A stretch of 62,481 nt of DNA, filler included. It is 11 parts of 11 records of this genome, joined end to end, with 100 filler letters (N's around TTAATTAATTAA, not from the genome) between each part and the next. Parts side by side here need not be neighbours in the genome. Positions count along the whole stretch, not along the records: positions 1 to 10,698 come from SRR7504441_8931; positions 10,799 to 21,719 come from SRR7504441_8947; 9 more parts are not named here. One strand, given 5' to 3'. The number at the start of each line of letters is the position of its first letter. Positions within the stretch are counted from its first letter, which is position 1. Made by a program: the position numbers and the translations under genes. A model generated the notes under the pieces. That model did no database searches and had not been told where the DNA came from. It saw only the letters and a program-made list of their open reading frames with translations. Positions 1 to 10,897 of the stretch are shown one piece after another.

Positions 1-156
1 CAGGAGCGACCATTCCAGGAACGGCCACAAGTGTTCTCAAAGGCCGAGTTGGCGCGGAGTCTGTGGGCCGGGCGCGGGCCGGGGTAGGCAACTGCGAAGG
101 CACGGGCACCTAATGATAACGAGATTTGTACTAAAATTGGTCGAGGAGTCGTTTAA

Positions 157-1035
157 TCATAGCCTACTGCGGCTAGCTCCCATCGGACTCACTGCACTCA
201 CAATTGTGTCGTCATCTACAACGCAATCGGCGTTATTAATTAGTTGCGGGATCCGTTGAGCCATATCGCGCAAGTCCGCCGCGTCGAGGAACCGCCTTTG
301 GATCACGTGCTGCTCCACTATCGCCGCAGTGTCCTGCCGGTCGATATTTGCAGGCTCCTCCATATCAATCGAGACTACCTGATGCGGCTTGCTGTGCACC
401 CTATTCGCGTCGCCCCGGCGCGAGTACCATCGGATGTGGCAGTTGGGCACGCTCCAAGAAAGCAGCCTGTCGTGGTCAGCGGTCTTGAGATCCTCCAGTA
501 GCGACCGAAACCCTCGAATCACGTGCCCGTGACACACCACCAGCACTCGCAGCCCAGAGGCTGTGCTGCACAGGAACTCCAAGAACGTCCTCAGCCGGAG
601 CGACAAGTCAGCGTAGCTCTCCCCGCCCCCTCCCTTCCGCACCCAGAACGGGGCTAGCGCGTGCTGCACCTTCTCGTGCCGCCGGAGCTCCGGATTCGGG
701 TTCTGAAAGCCTTTCAGATAGCCACTGTCCATTTCACGGATGAGCAGCTCGGTGCTGAAGCTCGAGTGCGGCATATCCATGTGCCCCGCGGTCTCCACCG
801 CTCGGATATATTCGGAGCAGAACATCCGGTCAAACCGGCCAACATGTTCCCGGAGGATCTTCCCGGCGCGCACTGCCTGGTTGCGCCCGAGGTCGGTCAG
901 CCGGTACTTGGAGGTGTGCCGGCCGACCAGCCGCTCGCGCCGGCCGCGCGCGGGGAGTCCGTTGTACAGGTTGCCCTCGCTCTCGCCGTGTCGGACCAGC
1001 ACCAGGTCCACCGGCAGCCCGTGGATGAACGACAT
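157..1035 (-). CDS. Histidine phosphatase / phosphoglycerate mutase-family protein
   Basis: LVLVRHGESEGN catalytic motif, LTDLGRNQA, SEYIRAVETA and VLVVCHG; intronless; likely start MSFIHG at 1035. Confidence 0.9.
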   Translation of the reverse strand: MSFIHGLPVDLVLVRHGESEGNLYNGLPARGRRERLVGRHTSKYRLTDLGRNQAVRAGKILREHVGRFDRMFCSEYIRAVETAGHMDMPHSSFSTELLIREMDSGYLKGFQNPNPELRRHEKVQHALAPFWVRKGGGGESYADLSLRLRTFLEFLCSTASGLRVLVVCHGHVIRGFRSLLEDLKTADHDRLLSWSVPNCHIRWYSRRGDANRVHSKPHQVVSIDMEEPANIDRQDTAAIVEQHVIQRRFLDAADLRDMAQRIPQLINNADCVVDDDTIVSAVSPMGASRSRL

Positions 1036-1232
1036 GGCGGTTATGCCGTTATTTGCGACGCATACAGTACATGTATGATTTAATTTAGTGGAACATGCAT
1101 AGCAATTCGGTGTTGCACCGTGCAATCTTCTTATGCAGATGAGCACAGCCTAAATATAACCTCTCGGGAGCTCGTACGGAAGGTCTGCAGAATCAACAAG
1201 ATCCCATGGATCTATAGCTTTAGCCGGCTCAC

Positions 1233-2491
1233 TCAAGCTTGAGCCATCGGCGCCGGCGCGCTGCTCTGGATCGGGGCCGGGGCGGGCGGAGGCGGCTGCG
1301 GCTGCGACTGGATCGGCTGTTGCACAGCAGTCTGCTGCCCTGGAGTAGTCATTTGCGCATCAACGCCGCCAAACTGCATTTGCAGCTTCTTGGCGAGCTC
1401 CGCGGGATCGTCGCTGTCGCACAAGCTGAGGATCTTCTGCATGTCGCCACGGATGTAGTCGGTCTGACGACCGAGATCGATGCACGACACTCCAGTCGGC
1501 CGCGGGGCGGGAGGCCGAACGCAGCAGCGGCACGGAACCTGGCCACAGATCAGCTTTCGGCCAGCTGTGAGGCCGCACCGGGAGCCCGAGCCAGATCCGG
1601 AGCATGATGCCCATGACGGGCGCCATGGTGTTGTCCAGGTCTCCAGCCTGCCGGCCACACTCACGGCTGTGCCTTGAGAGCCGGTGGCACCTCGTTCAGG
1701 ATCACGGCGTACTTGATTGGAGTGCGGCAGCAGCAGTGATCAATCCGGTCAGCAGTCATGAACTGTCCCAAGGGGTTACCGTTCGGACCGGGCGGCGAGT
1801 CACCCGGCCAACCATCGGCGTCTTGGTATCGATCTCCACCGAGCCATCGAGCATGCTAAGCCGAGGGTAGATCTTCTCAGCAGTAAGCACGTACTGCTCA
1901 CCCTGGCAGTAGGAGTTGCAGTCGGCGCAGCTTTGGCAGCAAAGCCCGCAAGCCGCCCCACAGCAGTAGACACATGGCCAGCAGCAGAACATGTTGCGGC
2001 GGAGAGTGTAGTGGTCGTTGAGGTGGTCGCTGCCCCTGTAGAACTTCTGGAGGAAGATGTTGCCGGAGCAAGTGAGACACGGGCAGAAGGCGAACCAACA
2101 GCCGTTCTCGCAGCAACTCGGGGGACGCGATCCGCCCCAAATCTGGTATCGCATTTGAATCAAGCCCGAGGGGGAGGGGGGGCACCTCGCCCTTGCCGCG
2201 CTCTTGCTGCTTGGTGAGGTGCTCGATTTGCCAGTCCTGGCCGACTGGTCAAGCGGCGGGCACGCGGGCGGGCACCTGGCAGCAGCAGATGCAGTTGTTG
2301 AAGATGTTGAAGGAATCGTCGGTGGAGGTAAACTTCACCCAAGGGCAGCACGGGCAGAGGCACAGCTTGCACTCCTCGGCGCAGGTGGGGGCGTCGTACA
2401 AGTATTGGCCCCCGTTGTAGGTCATGATCTCGGTCAGGTTGTAGCTCAGTCCGCTCCCGTTGAAGCCCGCATGCTGTCCACGATTCGACAT
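1233..2491 (-). CDS. Cysteine-rich multi-exon protein, possibly scramblase-like, with a Pro/Gln-rich tail
   Basis: Exons rich in CCPC/CCWPC/CCC motifs join through ~40-nt GT-AG introns across ORFs 2249-2554, 1756-2163 and 1233-1664. Confidence 0.55.
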
Positions 2492-2502
2492 GGTGATGAC
2501 AG

Positions 2503-2941
2503 TTGAGGAAGCAGGACAGTATGAGAGCTGCCAGGCATGCGCTGCTGACATCAATCAGGCATCTTGCCATGGTAGCGGGCTAAATGTTCAGACCAGGTCT
2601 GGGAGAACTGTTTCGAAGCCAACGGCCGAGCCACTGAAGAGGGGTCGAGGGCGGTGAGAATGCAGCAGTACTTTCAAGATCTATATCGGAGAATTGTCCC
2701 TCGCAATGTGCTTCATGAGTCGAATGGGATAAACGAGGGCGAAAGCCCGGCGGCAATAGTGAAGCAGGAGGCTGGGGCTGATTGCCAGGACCAAGTTGAA
2801 TCCTTGGACACATTTAGGAGTGTAGTACAGCGATGCCTGCAGGCTGGTGCATCCGGTGAGCAACTCATGCAAGCTCTGACTCAAGAGATGACCAACGACG
2901 AGGAAAATAACACACTCGGCGAATACGCCATGCTAGACTAG
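2503..2941 (+). pseudogene. C-terminal half of a bromodomain protein, 5'-truncated
   Basis: Removing GC-AG intron 2559-2596 gives EAGQYESCQACAADINQVWENCFEANG...AVRMQQYFQDL, matching bromodomain helices B and C; the N-terminal half is absent. Confidence 0.65.
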
Positions 2942-3194
2942 CAATCCCGTCATCGGCCGAGACAGTACAATCATGACTTGTAACTAAGTACGTACTCGAT
3001 GAATCTACGATGTACATGTACGGTAGTTACTCGTACGATGGATTCCACAGACCACACTCAATCGACTTAATGAAGACTTAGTACTCGTATCAGTGAGGTG
3101 GATCTTGTAAGGGCGAGCCACTATTGCCTAAGAGTTATGTTAGAGCGCCTCTTGTCACTCGAGCGGCGTGCACGTATACGTCCTGCCACGACAC

Positions 3195-4066
3195 TCAATC
3201 ACTAGTCATGCCAGTTAAAACTCGCCTTGAGGCTGCCTCAAACTCCACCAGTACAGATTCGGACCGAGCAGGATGGCTCCTGAGAGCGACCAGCTCCCGG
3301 GCCAGCCCCGCCAGAGCGCCGTCATCGGCCTGGTCGCAGGCCGCCATTGCGGCCAACACTCTGTTGGCCTTGAGGTCTAACACAGCCTGCTTGAGGGCAG
3401 GATGGAACTGCCCATCCAGCACTGCGTCCGGAAGGATCCACTGACAGTCGCTATCTGCCCCCCCCGTTCAGACTGATAGATCCACTGGAGGGCACATTCT
3501 GTCTTGTCCATAGCCTCCAGCTGAATGGCGCCCGCCTCGGCTTCACTCAGCTCCAGCAGATGCACAGTGCTGATATCCGCCGTGCCTGCGACCGTCTCTA
3601 GCGCACAGCAACCCCAGGGTGTTGCAACCGTTGGTCTGCGGTTCCTGTGCCCGGAACGCCCACACGAACGAGTAGCTCCCGAGCACTTGGAACCTGCCTG
3701 CTGGCAGCTCCAGGCCGGTCTCCCGCTTCACCTGCACTGGAGGTCAGCGGCGCACGAGACCGAAGGGTACGTTGCGGGCAGCGGCCTCCTTGGTGGTATC
3801 CCCGGGCCGGCCGCGCCCTCCAACGAACCACCAGTCTGGTTGTGGCTCGACACGCCGGCAGCCGAGCAGCAGCTCGATCTGATCCTGGCCGCACGGCCTG
3901 CCGATCAGCACGTCCGAGCATCCCTTGATCTGCCCAGCCTGCGTGATGAGGCCTCGACCAACCTCACCAGACAGTCGAGGGCTCGGCCATACTCGCGGTC
4001 TTCCAAGAACACCCGCCGCTTCTCGAACTGCCCCGTGACGAAGTGAGGGCACGCCCCGAGCACCAT
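3195..4066 (-). CDS. NUDIX hydrolase with a variant Nudix box (GDP-mannose mannosyl hydrolase-like)
   Basis: Spliced product MVLGACPHF...LLLGCRRVEPQPDWWFVGGRGRPGDTTKEAAARNVKRETGL...FHPALKQAV; several ~38-40-nt introns. Confidence 0.8.
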
Positions 4067-4333
4067 TTTCTGCGAGATAATAGCCGTTGGCTGCAGCAGA
4101 CTCTGGGTTCAGTTCCTGAGTGCGTGGTTCAGTTCCTCGGAGCTCTTATGTAAGTACATGTACAACGTACGTCACGCGGACGTACGAGTGTACGCTCGTA
4201 ATCACCTTGTTACAGTACAACGTCTAGATGCAGCACGACAACCAAAGCAATTATAGCAATAATACGGGAAATGCAGGTTTGTTGAACAGCTCGGTTTACT
4301 ACACGCTACTAACATACTCCGGCTTACGTAGGC

Positions 4334-7300
4334 TCAGACTGGTCGAAGCGACGCCTTCGGTAAGTTCGGCTGCGCGGGCGGGCAATCAGCTGCGACTTGA
4401 GCCAGTGGTGGAGCCGGTGGTGGCACAGGCGGCGGGCACTCAACTGGCGTTGGAATAGCTGCAGCTGGTGCAGGCGGCTCGGGTGCTGGGGCGCGTGCAA
4501 TGGTTGGCGGGATAGCCGCAGCAGGCGCCGGCGGCAGTCGAACTATCGCAGGTGGTGTGACCGGCACAAAGACTTGATCGGAGGCGGTGTGTGTGAATAT
4601 CTGACAGCTCTCGACCACAGCGGCCTCAATTTCGTGCTGATGCTTGGTCCGGAGATGTGTACGCACTGCAACACACAACACTCCTCAGAAGGCACTAGCA
4701 CATGCAAGCTCGCCGTTAAACTTGAGAGAGAACCTCTGCCCACAGCCTTGCGCAGGGCAGATCCAAGGCCTCTCGCGAGTGTGTACTACCTGGTGGCGTG
4801 CGAGTTTAGAGCTGTCACGGAAGCTAGCATTGCATCCTGCCCATGTGCACTTGAACTTGTGTACAATCACTGCCTTGCCAGTGGAGTCAATGCATACGTT
4901 GCTCGCGGGGTTTGCCGTCTTCAAAAGTGGCTGTTCATTCGCACCCTTGTCATTATCCTGGGAACATTCTGAGTCATGACCCAAAATCTTCCTCCCTTCG
5001 AAAATGTCCCCCGTCTTCATAGAAGTATGGGATATCAATGCTTGCGTTGTGAGCCATGCCCTTCCAGGCTGGGTTGAATGAAGAGCAGTTGTGCAGTTCT
5101 CGCAAATGACTAACGCCACTACTGCAGATGAGTGTTTGCCGCACAGCTTGCAGAGCTGTTTGTCGATCCAATCAATTGCGCAGCGCTGAACTTCACCGAA
5201 TCGCTGCTTGACTGGGTTGGTGTAATACATAGATTCTTGATCTTTTGCGGTCAAGAAGCCGTGCATTTCCGCTTGGTTCATCCCGAGACTACCTCCAATG
5301 CGGTCTAAACTCTCGCTACGAGCACACACGTGCAGCCCAGATACGATCACACGGTGTGCAAGGGGGGCTCTCGAGCGTTTGCAGTTCGCACAATGCGACT
5401 TGAAACCGCTCTCTCCCTTGAACGCTTCTCTACTGGCAGAGCAAGTGGGGCAGGTATCGCCATCAGAAGGCAGCAAGCCAGCAAACTTTAGCACCTCGTC
5501 TTTGGTAAGAAGTGCCACCGAACTCTGATTGAGCTTCATCTCTGGACACAGCTTGGCACAATTAGGCACCTTAGCTTTATGTGATGCGCGCTTGTCCACA
5601 GTTTTCTTCTCTTTCTTCACCTTGTTTGCCTCTCCGCTAACTTTTGATGGCTTGCCTGTTGCAGCAAGAGCAGCAGGCTCGGCATCAGCTTCCACATAGT
5701 CGAGCTTTGCCAGCGCATGGACATGCGCTGCAATGCTGCTTGCGAGTGACTGCACGTGGTAGCCCCCCTCAAGGCAGCTGACGACCTTCCCTTTGCAGCT
5801 CTCAAGCCCCTCTGCTGCATTCACAAGTTGCTTCGTTGCCCAAAAGAAATCCTCTTCCAGCAATCTGCTGCCGCCCATGGCATCATTCTCGTGTGCATCA
5901 AACCCGGCACTGATTACGAGAACGTGTGGCTCAAATTTGTTGATTCGATCAATAAACTGTGAAATAGCCGTCCGAAACTCAGTGCTGCCGAAACCTGCAT
6001 CCAAGCCTATGTTTGAACAGTTGCTGGTCTCAATGCTAGCTCCAGTAGAATACGGGAAGAAATCAGATCCGTGCCTGTGCACTGACAGGAACAGAGTCTC
6101 GTGGTCACTGGCACAAATTTCCTCAGTGCCGTTTCCATGATGCACATCAATGTCCACCACACAAAATTTTGTAACTTGAGCAAAGCACATCCGCGCATGG
6201 CTGATTGCCACACAGACATTGTTGAGCAGGCAGAACCCTTGCGAGCATTCACCGAGGGCAGCACCTTCTCTTCCTACATGATGCCCGGGAGGTCTGATGC
6301 AACAGAATGCACTTCGAAACTGGCCAGATAGTACAAGATGCATGGCGTGGCAAGCCGTGGCAGCCGCCTGCTTAGCGGCGTCCATAGAAGCACGCGAAAT
6401 ATAAGTATCCTCGTCACCGCCTGGCTTGCGAAGTTGCTTCATTTCTTTCTTTGATAGTGAGTTGCACGCGTCTCTGATTTCTTTCAAGTAGCGTGGCGTG
6501 TGTACAATCTCTATCACGGTACGCAGATGCTCTGGTGACACGATTGGTCTATGCATTGTGTCGTCCAGTGGCATGGCCGGGTCATGCTGCATTGCAATCA
6601 CTTGGACCTCTTTGGGATGGCGGGACGCAAGGCTCTTCAATTCGAGCATCGCAGTAGAAACCCTGGCCGGGCTCTCGACATGCCAATCGGGGACTTGATG
6701 TGATACATGAGGCGGAGAGTGGACAACAACTGTGCCACTATTCAACGGTCGCAGGTCTGCCGCTTGGACAATGGCTGGAGCGCTAATATCGCGAATCTTG
6801 AGACACGCTTGGATGGTTTGCTTCATCAGTTCAGCAACCTTGCTGTTGTACAATTCTGGTACAGCCTTCAGACGTTCAAGCCAGACGCAGGCTAGGCGGT
6901 GCCTGGTAGCATCGGCACGTACAGCATGATCTGCCGGACCGAGCACATCTTGTATCTTAGTAAGTAAATCTAAAAGCAGCTGGTCGCATGTGACATCTCT
7001 GCTTAAACTAAGCTTTACAGCCTGAACATAGCTGTCGATACCCACAAGCAGTTGCTGCTCGTCTTTCACCATAGTCTGCCTATCTTGGCTTTCTTCAAAG
7101 GTCTGCTCCAGCTGGACTTTGCGTTTATTACCCTGGCGATGTGCCTTCTTGAGTGCTGAAATGGTGTCTTGCTCGCAAGCAATCTTGTCATCGACCTGCT
7201 TCAGCGCTTTCAACAGCTCTGCACGCTCTGCCTGGAGTGCCACTAATCGCGCTTTTGCCTGTTCTTGCAGTTCCTCGGTTGCTGCCTTGCTTTTATCCGC

Positions 7301-9082
7301 CGAAGCCAAGGAATCTTGTGCATCTTTCACTGTCGAAGCTTCCTCCGCCTCGACTTCTGCCACAACCGTTCCAATGGCCCTGACACAACCAGCTATGGAC
7401 TGTGAAAGATCTTGCCACTCTGCCGACGTCCTCAGCCCTGCCACTGCGCTGTCAAGTTCTTCACTGAGGCTCTGGTTTGACTGATCTGTCGGTTTACAGC
7501 ACCAGTGTAGCTGTCCTCGGTGCTGGAGCTTCATCACTTGCTTGAGATGATCGTGCGTGGACCGTTCAGTGAAGCCGTGCCAGGTATCTTCATCAATTTG
7601 CGATTGCAGCCGCTCCACTTGGCCTCTGAGACTATGCATCCCCTCTAGAACTTGCTGATGAACCGCCTCAGCGTGCCCAGGAGACGGCACAACGCTCCCT
7701 AAGCTCCCCTTCATGTAAGTACACCAATCATAGACGTCATTATCCCCGTCATCCCCTAACTCGCTCGCATCGACCGGATTTGGTTGCTTTGCACATCCAC
7801 CAAGACACACACGCTTGCTGCTTCCTCCTGGTTCATGCTTCTGTTTGCGCTTGCCATCCTCATTTTTCTGTCTTCCACACAATTTGGTGTGGGACACAAA
7901 CCCACTCTGACTTATACCCAACTCAGCCTTGGTGCACCCACAGCTGGGGCAAGTCAAAGGAGCACCTTTCACTGGCTTGGTCTCAACCGGTTGTTTAGGA
8001 GTTGCTGCAGTCGCATGAGACTGGCGCTGATGGTTGATGAACGCCTCCAACGAGTCACATTTGAACCCACACTCGCCGCAGACCGCGGACCCACATTCGT
8101 GACTTAGAATCATCCTGATTAGATGGCCCAGTTGTGCATCCGCTTCCAACTGGTGCCCATCCATCTTATAATTTCTCTTGCTGCGATGCGTCTTCAGCTT
8201 GGCCACTTGCAGGTACAATCCTGCATTGAGCAAATTCTGCACAACCGCCGTGCCTCCCTCCTGCCCGAGCACCCTCGTGAGTTCCAGCAGAGGCTTTTTT
8301 TCCGGGAGCGGGTGCTTCGGATTCGCAGTCGCCGATTTGAGGTGCTGGCACAGGCCGTGGAGGAAATCCTTTTGGGAGACTATCCTTTTGCACGCCTTGC
8401 CGCTCTGCCGACAGAGCACTGCTAACAGAGCCATTCCTCCGATTCTGCGGGACATGCCAAACTCGTGTGTGTACTCTTGTGCACTGCGCTGCTTCTTTCT
8501 CGATTCGTTTGAAGTGTGGACCCCACCCGAGTCGAGACTCTGAGCCAGCTGGGCTTTGCTGATCTGGTCCAGGAACATGTCTGACAGCCGGCGGAACAAC
8601 GCGGTCTCGTTCATGCAGCCGAACACCCGCTGTACTATCTCTGGCGTGGCCTGCTCGGTGGCCGCCTGCAGGACCTCCGCGATACACAGGGCTGCCAGTG
8701 CCGCCACCGTCCACCTGGACGCGAGCCGGAGCGACTGAGCCACGGTCTGTGACACCGCGCGGTGGTCGTCCACCATCCGGACCACCGTCTCCAGACACCG
8801 GCGGTGCGCGTCCGCCCCGATGTCGAACGGCCGACCTTGCGGGATGGACGGATTGGTCTGATTGATGGCTTTGTAGAAGGAGGCGAGGCCCTTGACCTGC
8901 CACGGCCACAGGTCCCCTTCTAGCCAGGAGAGCTCCTCGTCCAGCATCGCCACCTCGGCCTCGCCCCCCGCCCCGCTCGCCTGCTCCGGCAGCCCCGTGG
9001 CATCGGCCCGCGCGCCGCCCGCATGCCGAAGCCGCTTCCGGCTGCCCGAGCCAGCGTCCGGCGCGTCCGCCGGCGGCGGCAT
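4334..9082 (-). CDS. Large class II-type histone deacetylase with several zinc fingers and a coiled coil
   Basis: Intact HDAC motifs RPPGHH, GFCLLNN, DIDVHHGNGT, SAGFD and LEGGY; tandem C2H2 fingers at the C-terminus completed by GC-AG intron 4666-4713. Confidence 0.9.
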
Positions 9083-9217
9083 CTCTCGTGCTGGCCGACC
9101 ACGCTATTGACCAGCAGCTGGCATGGCAGCGTGCGAGGGGCTGAGATTTCCGTTGCATCCTGGATGCGAGCTTTTCACACAAAATTGGCTCTCGAATCGC
9201 CCTGCAAGGGGAGACCG

Positions 9218-9943
9218 ATGCTCGAGGCGCCGCTGCTGGCCACCGGCTGGTCGGTGTTGCTCCTGGCCGGCGGTGCGCTCACCTGGGTCCGCACCCGCCA
9301 GGTCCCCCCGGGCCGGGCCCGACGCTCAGCCCTGCTGCAGGAGAATGGCGTGCACGGCGGGCGGCTTCTGGGGCTGTACAGCAGCCGATCGGTCCAGCAA
9401 GCCATCCTGCGGTATCCCCGGGGGCTGGCCGGCGGACGAGCGGAGGCAGGTCTGGGCTGCTGTGGCTGTGCATGATGTATGACATCATCACGCTCGCCGG
9501 GCTCGGCTGCCGGATAGTGGCCAGCGAGATTGGCTCCAACTGGCCCGAGGCCTGCGCCGAGGCTGGACTGATCCTGACCGGCGACTCGTGGATGCCGCTC
9601 CTGCTGGTGCTGGCCGGGTCTCAGCTCGGGCTCGCGGTGCTCTGGGGGCTCTTCGTCCGGCAGGGCTCGCCGGACTCGGCCCGGGTGGCCCCAATCTCTT
9701 CGGACTGGCCGGTGCCCTTCCGGCAGGAGCTGTTTCCGGATGGCCGGGCTGTTTGGGAGCTGTGTGGTGGGCTCGGTTGGATTGCTGTCAGTGCTAGAGG
9801 ACGCGCCTGGTTGGACACTAGTGTTCTACCCCACGCTCACGCTGGTCATGTACATTGTGCTGCGCTGCATCCCGATGTGGGAGCAGTGGGTGGCCCAGGC
9901 GTCCTGCGAGGAGCTACGGTCGGCGTTCTTCTCGCCAAAATGA
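9218..9943 (+). CDS. Hypothetical multi-pass membrane protein (spliced)
   Basis: Hydrophobic segments across several frames joined by ~38-nt GT-AG introns; exact exon structure is uncertain. Confidence 0.5.
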
Positions 9944-10698
9944 TCAACCGCAATAAGCAAAATCTCACTTCGTTAGACTTGTCTGGCGCTTGATATGAGA
10001 CATGGCTTGATGACAGGGCGGTCCTCGGTGCTGATGTATTTTGGGCAACCGCAAACCGGGTCGAGGGAGGCCCTGTGGTATTTGTGATCTAATCTGTGAT
10101 TTTGCTCGTTAACCCTGTGGTATGAAATAGCTCGACTGAGCTCTCCAGCAGGGATTGGTCCACTGCCCACATAGATACAGCTTGTACAAGCTCCACCTGA
10201 AAAGAGGGTGAGTGTAGAAGTGGATCTAGCTCAACGGACCTGGTTCAGGCACCCCTCCCCTGAAAGGTCACAGCGATGCACCATCTGATCATGAACATCT
10301 CTAGTGAGCCACTCAACAAAATCCGCATACCTGGACCAACGATTAGCACCAGCATGCGTCTGCTAGTACTCACTCGCTATTCCCCAGAAAGGTCTGCATT
10401 TCAGCTAGAGTCAATTCACCGTTCCGGTTGAAGCGATCTGCCTTCAATTAACAAGGCGCCACAAAGAATCACTAGGTGGTTTGCCACTCGTGCCACTCGA
10501 CACACTATTGACACACAGTTTCAGGGCCAGCACCCCTCCGTTGTTTGGCCAATTCATCCTGGATTCATCTATAGCCCAATGACCACCTTTACACAAGAGG
10601 AAAGCTAAGATTTAACCACGTACTACACGACGATCTCGCCATCACTATGCATGGCTTTTGTTAGCACACATGTATGGTCGTACCTCCGGGGCTCTCAA

Positions 10699-10798
10699 NN
10701 NNNNNNNNNNNNNNNNNNNNNNNNNNNNNNNNNNNNNNNNNNTTAATTAATTAANNNNNNNNNNNNNNNNNNNNNNNNNNNNNNNNNNNNNNNNNNNN
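10699..10798. other. Artificial contig spacer (first of 10)
   Basis: 44 N + TTAATTAATTAA (stops in all six frames) + 44 N; identical spacers start at 21720, 29210, 32798, 38166, 44083, 48603, 51956, 55888 and 59059. Confidence 0.98.
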
Positions 10799-10897
10799 CA
10801 AAATATAAATAAAGATTCGGTGCTAACTCACCTCACTTCGGCCCAGTTCAGAGTGAGCATTCATAACGGAATTGATCGGGCACAGCACGTTCAAAGG

